Below the pieces are notes generated by a model, which saw only the letters and a list, made by a program, of their open reading frames with translations, searched no databases and was not told where the DNA came from. Of a stretch of 64,000 nt of DNA, positions 58,504 to 64,000 are shown in pieces. Positions within the stretch are counted from its first letter, which is position 1; every line of letters begins with the position of its first letter. Position numbers and translations under genes: made by a program. Source of the DNA: Pelagibacteraceae bacterium AG-430-I06 (lineage in GTDB: Bacteria; Pseudomonadota; Alphaproteobacteria; Pelagibacterales; Pelagibacteraceae); assembly GCA_003209895.1 (NCBI GenBank), contig QCOH01000003.1:20144-84143 (forward strand), read 5' to 3'.

Positions 58504-60329
58504 GTCTTCTCAACTTTCGCTCCTATTATTTCGCTTGGAGGTTGGTTTTGCGGAATATAATCTTCTTTAGCTCCTGGAACACTAAAATCGTAAGGCCATC
58601 TATAAACCTTAGGAAGTTCTTTACCCCAATTACCATGTTCAGGCGGCATTTGTGGTGTTTGCCACTCTAATGAATTTGCTTTCCAAGGATTCTTTTCTGC
58701 TTTCTTTCCAAGTCTAGCGCTAGTAATTAAATTATATAAAAATAATAATTGTGCAGCACCAACTATCAGAACAGCAATGGTAATAAATTTATTTAATAGA
58801 AGTGTAGATGTATCAATGTAAGGGCTATCATAAATTTCGAAGTATCTTCTTGGAACACCAACAAAACCTTGATAATGCATCGGAAAATAGATCGCATACG
58901 ATCCAATAAATGTAATCCAAAAATGAATTTTTCCTAAAGTTTCATTCATAAATCGTCCAGTAATTAAAGGATACCAATGGTAAATTGCCCCGAAAATAAC
59001 TAGTATTGGAGCGATACCCATTACCATGTGAAAGTGTGCGACAACAAAATAAGTATCAGATAAAGGAACATCAACAGTAACGTTTCCTAAAAATAAACCT
59101 GTTAAACCACCATTTAAAAAAGTGACTATAAAACCAAGTGAAAATAGCATTGGTAATGATAGTTGAATGTTTCCTCTCCATAGTGTCAAAATCCAGTTAT
59201 AAACTTTTATAGCTGTTGGAACTGCAATAATTAAAGTAGTTGTTGCGAAAAAGAAACCAAACCATGGGTTCATTCCACTTACATACATGTGGTGAGCCCA
59301 AACAAAAAAGCTTAAAGCACCAATACCTACAATTGCCCACACCATCATTCTATATCCAAAAATTGTTTTTCTAGAGTGCACTGAAAGCAGGTCAGATACT
59401 ATTCCAAATGCTGGAAGAGCCACGATATATACCTCTGGATGACCAAAGAACCAAAATAGGTGCTGGAATAGAATTGGACTACCTCCCTCATGGGTTAATT
59501 TCTCCCCTAGAGAAACCATAGCTGGCATAAAAAAACTTGTCCCAAGTAAACTATCTAGTGTCATCATCAAACATCCGACTAACAAAGCTGGGAATGCAAA
59601 CATTGCGAGTACTGTCGCGGTAAAAATTCCCCAGATTGTCAAAGGTAATCTCATTAATGTCATTCCTCTAGCTCTTAATTGTAAAACTGTTATGATGTAA
59701 TTCAATCCACCCATTGTGAAACCAGCTACAAATAATATGAGTGAAATTAACATCAGTATTATCCCCCCGTTGTAACCTGGTGTTCCAGCGGTAATTGCTT
59801 GTGGAGGGTAAAGTGTCCAGCCTGCTCCGGTGGGCCCTCCAGGAACAAAAAAACTTGCTAGTAAAACTAAAACTGCAACAACAAATGCCCAATAGCTAAG
59901 CATGTTCACATATGGAAAAGCCATATCTCTAGCGCCACACATAAGTGGTATTAATAAATTTCCAAAACCTCCCAGAAATAATGCTGTTAATAAATAAACA
60001 ACCATTATCATTCCATGCATTGTTACAAACTGATAATATGCTGCTGGGTCTAGCCAACCTAAGCCTGGAAAAGCTAATTGAATTCTCATTAACCAAGACA
60101 GAACTAATCCAAGTAGCCCTGTGCCTACTGCTGTTAAAGCATATTGTATACCAATATATTTAGCATCTTGTGAAAAGACATAAGTAGTCCACCAGCTGTG
60201 AGAGTGATAAAGCTCTTGGTCTGGCAGTTCAGCATCTGGAACTGCGTCTATATCTGGTGTAGAAACAGAAGAAGCTTCAGTAGCATAATCTGATTTTGCT
60301 TCTAGCTTATGTTCGTATTCATCTGACAT
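58500..60329 (-). CDS. ctaD: Cytochrome c oxidase subunit I (heme-copper oxidase)
   Basis: 609 aa. GHPEVYI, WAHHMY, HFHMVMG. About 45-aa acidic N-terminal extension. Confidence 0.97.
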   Translation of the reverse strand: MSDEYEHKLEAKSDYATEASSVSTPDIDAVPDAELPDQELYHSHSWWTTYVFSQDAKYIGIQYALTAVGTGLLGLVLSWLMRIQLAFPGLGWLDPAAYYQFVTMHGMIMVVYLLTALFLGGFGNLLIPLMCGARDMAFPYVNMLSYWAFVVAVLVLLASFFVPGGPTGAGWTLYPPQAITAGTPGYNGGIILMLISLILFVAGFTMGGLNYIITVLQLRARGMTLMRLPLTIWGIFTATVLAMFAFPALLVGCLMMTLDSLLGTSFFMPAMVSLGEKLTHEGGSPILFQHLFWFFGHPEVYIVALPAFGIVSDLLSVHSRKTIFGYRMMVWAIVGIGALSFFVWAHHMYVSGMNPWFGFFFATTTLIIAVPTAIKVYNWILTLWRGNIQLSLPMLFSLGFIVTFLNGGLTGLFLGNVTVDVPLSDTYFVVAHFHMVMGIAPILVIFGAIYHWYPLITGRFMNETLGKIHFWITFIGSYAIYFPMHYQGFVGVPRRYFEIYDSPYIDTSTLLLNKFITIAVLIVGAAQLLFLYNLITSARLGKKAEKNPWKANSLEWQTPQMPPEHGNWGKELPKVYRWPYDFSVPGAKEDYIPQNQPPSEIIGAKVEKT

Positions 60330-60350
60330 TTTAATTTAGTTCCTTATAGT

Positions 60351-61187
60351 TTATTTATCCTTTTTTACTAGTTGCAAATTGTCATTTTTTTGATTTTCTG
60401 CTAACATTTTTTCAAAAGTTATTTGTTTTGCTTCCCATTTTTTGTAATCCTGCTCTTCATCTACTATAACTCTGCCTCTCATAGCATAGTGACCGGAACC
60501 GCAATATTCAGCACATAAAACCTCAAAGTCACCAGTTCTAGTAGGTGTCAGCCAATAGAAAGTCACTATACCTGGAACCATATCCATTTTACCCCTAAAT
60601 TGAGGAACGTAGAAATTATGTAAAACATCGATAGTTCTTAATTCAAATTTGACCGGTCGATCTTTTAAAAGGTGAAGTTCTTGAGCATCAACTAAAAGAT
60701 CGTCTTTACCATTCGGGTCTTCTAAAATAAGACCAAACGGATTATCATCTGTTATATATTTAATATCAGTTTTTCCTAAAATATTATCATCGCCTGGTAA
60801 TCTATATTTCCATCCCCACTGATATGCAAAAACTTCTACTTTATATGCATTTTCTGGAACAGTAACATATTGATTCCAAACAACTAACCCTGGCGCTAAT
60901 AAAGCTGCAACTCCAATCGCAGTAGCCCAAGTCAATCTACTTTCTAATTTCTTATCTTCTGGTTTGTATTCAGCTCTTCTTTCTTTTTTATAGCTAAACT
61001 TCCAAACACAGTATGCAACAAAGAAACATATGGCTACAAAGACAATACCGGTAATCCAAAAAGTTAAAATTATTGTATCGTCCATGTTCCCCCAGTTTGA
61101 TGCTACCTCTGTCCACCACCAAGGAGACCAAAAATGAAATGCTATTGATCCAACTGTTATTAAAAATATACTGAGTGCTACAATCAT
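60351..61187 (-). CDS. ctaC: Cytochrome c oxidase subunit II (CuA-containing)
   Basis: Two N-terminal TM helices. DVLHNFYVP and CuA site CAEYCGSGHYAM. No fused cytochrome c domain. Confidence 0.93.
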   Translation of the reverse strand: MIVALSIFLITVGSIAFHFWSPWWWTEVASNWGNMDDTIILTFWITGIVFVAICFFVAYCVWKFSYKKERRAEYKPEDKKLESRLTWATAIGVAALLAPGLVVWNQYVTVPENAYKVEVFAYQWGWKYRLPGDDNILGKTDIKYITDDNPFGLILEDPNGKDDLLVDAQELHLLKDRPVKFELRTIDVLHNFYVPQFRGKMDMVPGIVTFYWLTPTRTGDFEVLCAEYCGSGHYAMRGRVIVDEEQDYKKWEAKQITFEKMLAENQKNDNLQLVKKDK

Positions 61188-61188
61188 T

Positions 61189-61449
61189 TTAAGCGTTTGT
61201 TATTATAAAAATTCCTACAAGAACAATTCCTGCGACAAGAATATGGTTTCCTAAATCTATAAAACCCATTTTTTTGTTTTTAGGATCAATCAAATCTTTC
61301 CATCTAAATGGAACAGATTTTCTTTTTACTGCAATCTCTGCTTCGTTTTCATTTTTTTCTAGTCTTAAAGAGACTGAAAAGAAAACAAAGTAAATAAACA
61401 GAACTAAAAAAATAACCAGTCCCAATAACAGTGCATAAGATGTACTCAT
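61189..61449 (-). CDS. Hypothetical 86-aa two-TM membrane protein, first gene of the oxidase operon
   Basis: Hydrophobic N- and C-terminal helices flank a K/E-rich loop. Its stop is 1 nt before the subunit II ATG. I recognise no family. Confidence 0.5.
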   Translation of the reverse strand: MSTSYALLLGLVIFLVLFIYFVFFSVSLRLEKNENEAEIAVKRKSVPFRWKDLIDPKNKKMGFIDLGNHILVAGIVLVGIFIITNA

Positions 61450-61545
61450 AATTTGAATTTACTATATATAAACATTTTATTCATGTTTAATAAGGTTTTG
61501 CGACACTTTTGCAAGGGTAAATTCTACTTAAATTTACAGGATAAA

Positions 61546-62268
61546 TTACTTAAAATTTAATTGAAAACTCACAATTGTAGTTGCTGCGATTGCTGCCGTT
61601 TCAGCACGCAAGATATTCTTTGCTAAAGACAATGGAATTGTTTTTTTTTGATCAACTATTGATTGTCTCTCTTTTTCCGAAAAGTCTCCCTCTGGCCCAA
61701 CTAAAATACAGATCGGGTATTTTGAGGGCACAAAGTCTTTTTTTATGTCTTTAGACTTACTATTAATGTCACAAAAAATAAGTTTTCCATTTTTTGGAAA
61801 GTTTTTCAAAAAGTTATCTAGACTTTGTATCTCCAAAATATCAGGAATTGAAATTCTATTTGATTGTTCGCTTGCTTCAATAACAATTTTTTTAGCCCTT
61901 TTAACATTTATATCTCTTACCACAGTTCTTTCGCATAAGATTGGAATAAATTTTTTTATACCAAGCTCAGTTATTTTTTGTAACATAAAATCCTGTGGTA
62001 TTTTTTTAATAGGTGAAAAAGCTAACCATATATTATTTTCATTTACAGAAGGTCTTGACTGTTTTTCAATTCTCAACTCAGTAAAATTCTTTGTGTGTCC
62101 TAAAATAGTAGCATCCCACTCACCATTATTTGAATTAAATAGGGAAATTTTATCCCCATGATTTAATCTAATAACATTTTTTATATAATGTGATTGATTT
62201 TCCGAAAGCTTCGAAACTATTCCAGAAGCTAGTTTCTCTGAAAAATATAATCTTACTTTTAAAGTCAT
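61546..62268 (-). CDS. rsmE: 16S rRNA (uracil1498-N3)-methyltransferase RsmE
   Basis: HYIKNVIRL, PUA-like N-terminus, SPOUT C-terminus with LVGPEGDFSEKE and LRAETAAIAA. Confidence 0.88.
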   Translation of the reverse strand: MTLKVRLYFSEKLASGIVSKLSENQSHYIKNVIRLNHGDKISLFNSNNGEWDATILGHTKNFTELRIEKQSRPSVNENNIWLAFSPIKKIPQDFMLQKITELGIKKFIPILCERTVVRDINVKRAKKIVIEASEQSNRISIPDILEIQSLDNFLKNFPKNGKLIFCDINSKSKDIKKDFVPSKYPICILVGPEGDFSEKERQSIVDQKKTIPLSLAKNILRAETAAIAATTIVSFQLNFK

Positions 62269-62317
62269 GCGATCAAAAAGAACTATTTTAAATATTATTT
62301 TGTGATAGTCTATTTAA

Positions 62318-63160
62318 ATGTCATCTGTTGAAATTAAAAAAATTGTTAAAGCAATAGTCACTTCTGATGGAGCTGGAGTTAAACTTAAAAGAAGCATAGG
62401 GACTCCAGAAGCAGATTATATTGATCCTTTCTTAATGTTGGATGAATTCGGATCAGAAAATAAGGATGATTATATTGCAGGCTTTCCCCCACATCCTCAT
62501 AGAGGAATTGAAACAGTTACTTATATGCTTGAAGGTGAATTCGAGCATGAAGACAGTATCGGCTCAAAAGGAAAAATGAGACCTGGAGATATCCAATGGA
62601 TGAAAACTGGAAGAGGAATTATTCACTCTGAAATGCCAGCAATGTCAGGTGGCAAGTTATTAGGTTTTCAACTTTGGATAAATATGCCAGCAAAATTCAA
62701 AATGAATAAACCTGAATATCATTACATAAAAAATAATGAAATTGGCGTTTACAAAGATAATGACAAGACGGTAAAAATAATTGCAGGTAAATTTAAAAAC
62801 TTTGAGGGTCCTGAAAAAAATCACAATGTTGAACCAATTTATTTGCATGTCTTATTGAATAAAAACAAAGAGTTCAATTTTGAATTACCAAGTGGTCATA
62901 ATTCATTTATTTATCTTCTAAAAGGGGAATTGAAAATTGGAAATAATAAACACCAAAAAATTAATAATTCAACTTTGGTTTTATTAAAAAATGGAATTAA
63001 TTTAACTGTAAAGTCATCTGAAAAAAGTGAATTTTTATTTATTGCTGGAAAACCTATAGGAGAAACCATTGCAAGAGGCGGTCCATTTGTTATGAATACC
63101 AAAGAAGAAATAATTCAAGCGATTGAAGATTATAAAAATGGAAAGTTTGCGAGATATTAA
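62318..63160 (+). CDS. Pirin-family protein
   Basis: GFPPHPHRGIETVTYMLEGEFEHEDSIG cupin metal motif, QLWINMP, bicupin length. Confidence 0.9.
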   Translation: MSSVEIKKIVKAIVTSDGAGVKLKRSIGTPEADYIDPFLMLDEFGSENKDDYIAGFPPHPHRGIETVTYMLEGEFEHEDSIGSKGKMRPGDIQWMKTGRGIIHSEMPAMSGGKLLGFQLWINMPAKFKMNKPEYHYIKNNEIGVYKDNDKTVKIIAGKFKNFEGPEKNHNVEPIYLHVLLNKNKEFNFELPSGHNSFIYLLKGELKIGNNKHQKINNSTLVLLKNGINLTVKSSEKSEFLFIAGKPIGETIARGGPFVMNTKEEIIQAIEDYKNGKFARY

Positions 63161-64000
63161 TGTCTAAATCAATTATTATTCATGAACAAGGTGGGCCAGA
63201 AGTTTTAAAAATAGAAGATGTAAAGGTTGGTTCTCCAGGACCTACAGAAATTAAGGTTAAAAACTCAGCAATTGGATTAAATTTTATTGATACGTACCAC
63301 CGGTCTGGACTTTATAAAATTAAATTACCTTCAGGTTTAGGAATGGAAGGGGCTGGGGTAGTTGAAGAACTTGGTTCAGAGGTAAAAACATTAAGCAAAG
63401 GTGATAGAGTTGCTTACTCGTCAATGCCTCTGGGTTCATATTCAGAGGTAAGATGTATACCAGAAAAAATTGCAGTTAAAATTCCAGATGGTGTTAGTGA
63501 TGAAGTGGCCGCAAGTGTTATGACTAAAGGTTTAACAACTCACTATCTTTTATTTAAGGTTTATAAGGCTAAAGCAGGAGAAACTATTTTGTTTCATGCG
63601 GCTGCAGGAGGTGTTGGTCAGGTTTTTTGTCAATGGGCAAAAAGTATTGGCTGTAGAATAATTGGTACAGTCGGAGCAGACAGTAAAATTGATATTGCAA
63701 AAAAAAATGGATGCGATTTTGTAATCAATTATAATAAAGAAAATTTTGATAAAAAAGTTTTGGAGATAACTGAAAACAAAGGTATTGGCGTAGTTTATGA
63801 CGGCGTAGGAAAATCAACCTTCGAAAAATCAATTAATTGTTTAAAACCAATGGGGATGATGATTTCTTTTGGAAACGCTTCTGGAGCTTTAAATCCAATA
63901 GATGTAAGAAGACATATTCAACCTAAGAGCCTCTTTTTTACAAGGCCTGGTCTTGCAGACTATGGTGCCAGCAGAAATGCTCTCGAGGAGGGTTCGTCTT
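63160..64000 (+). CDS. qor: NADPH:quinone oxidoreductase (zeta-crystallin/MDR family), 3' end beyond the window
   Basis: Not in the ORF track because it is open at the right edge. My translation from ATG 63160 gives MSKSIIIHEQGGPEVLKIEDVKVGSPGPTEIKVKNSAIGLNFIDTYHRSGLYK... and later HAAAGGVG. The start overlaps the pirin stop (TAATG). Confidence 0.88.
   Translation, partial: MSKSIIIHEQGGPEVLKIEDVKVGSPGPTEIKVKNSAIGLNFIDTYHRSGLYKIKLPSGLGMEGAGVVEELGSEVKTLSKGDRVAYSSMPLGSYSEVRCIPEKIAVKIPDGVSDEVAASVMTKGLTTHYLLFKVYKAKAGETILFHAAAGGVGQVFCQWAKSIGCRIIGTVGADSKIDIAKKNGCDFVINYNKENFDKKVLEITENKGIGVVYDGVGKSTFEKSINCLKPMGMMISFGNASGALNPIDVRRHIQPKSLFFTRPGLADYGASRNALEEGSS

Noticed and set aside
1-64000. I searched by eye for mobile elements, prophage genes, CRISPR repeats, toxin-antitoxin pairs, restriction-modification or other defence systems, and for a compositional island.
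   Set aside because: Every ORF over 100 aa has a plausible housekeeping or conserved-hypothetical assignment. There is no transposase, integrase, Cas, or nuclease/ATPase defence signature. There are no spaced direct repeats. Composition looks uniform except in membrane-protein genes and the rplY tail. The window appears to be core chromosome.

Overview
This is a very AT-rich window (about 30% G+C by eye, not computed). By my own coordinate bookkeeping it is about 98% coding: roughly 0.95 kb of 64 kb lies outside my calls. I call 73 CDS and one tRNA-Gln. Two CDS run off the window edges and are missing from the ORF track: rpoD on the left and a quinone oxidoreductase on the right. Gene content and order are those of an alphaproteobacterial core chromosome: dnaG-rpoD, carAB, uvrB/uvrC, petABC, ccrM, mutY/DUF721/dsbA/smc, the F0 operon atpI-B-E-F'-F, ispH-thrB-rnhA, and an aa3-type oxidase cluster with ctaB/ctaG. 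The extreme streamlining and a crtI-crtB-crtY-blh retinal operon suggest a SAR11/Pelagibacterales-like marine genome. I cannot confirm that without a database search. I found no transposase, integrase, prophage, CRISPR array, toxin-antitoxin pair, restriction endonuclease or recognisable defence gene. I also found no convincing discrete novel multi-gene system. The observations most worth a second look are listed here. (1) The DnaG zinc ribbon lacks 3 of the 4 canonical zinc ligands. (2) The SMC is only 859 aa and has no recognisable hinge or zinc hook. (3) A three-gene operon of unknown function encodes an ELM1-like protein, a 2OG-Fe(II)-oxygenase-like protein and an 8-Cys mini-protein. (4) An untracked 57-codon CxxC membrane ORF exactly fills the only sizeable gap, between ctaG and thrC. 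(5) The oxidase operon is coxMNOP-like, with two subunit-III paralogues. (6) The rnhB terminator carries GANTC sites in both arms, followed by a possibly leaderless, methylation-sensitive ccrM promoter. (7) A tRNA-Gln with encoded CCA ends 6 nt before the start codon of the CCA-adding enzyme gene. (8) F0 ATP synthase, retinal biosynthesis and ispH-thrB-rnhA form one gap-free co-directional array. (9) All eight convergent junctions overlap or abut, and some divergent start codons are 5 bp apart or overlap. All functional calls rest on motif recognition by eye from the supplied translations and from my own translations.
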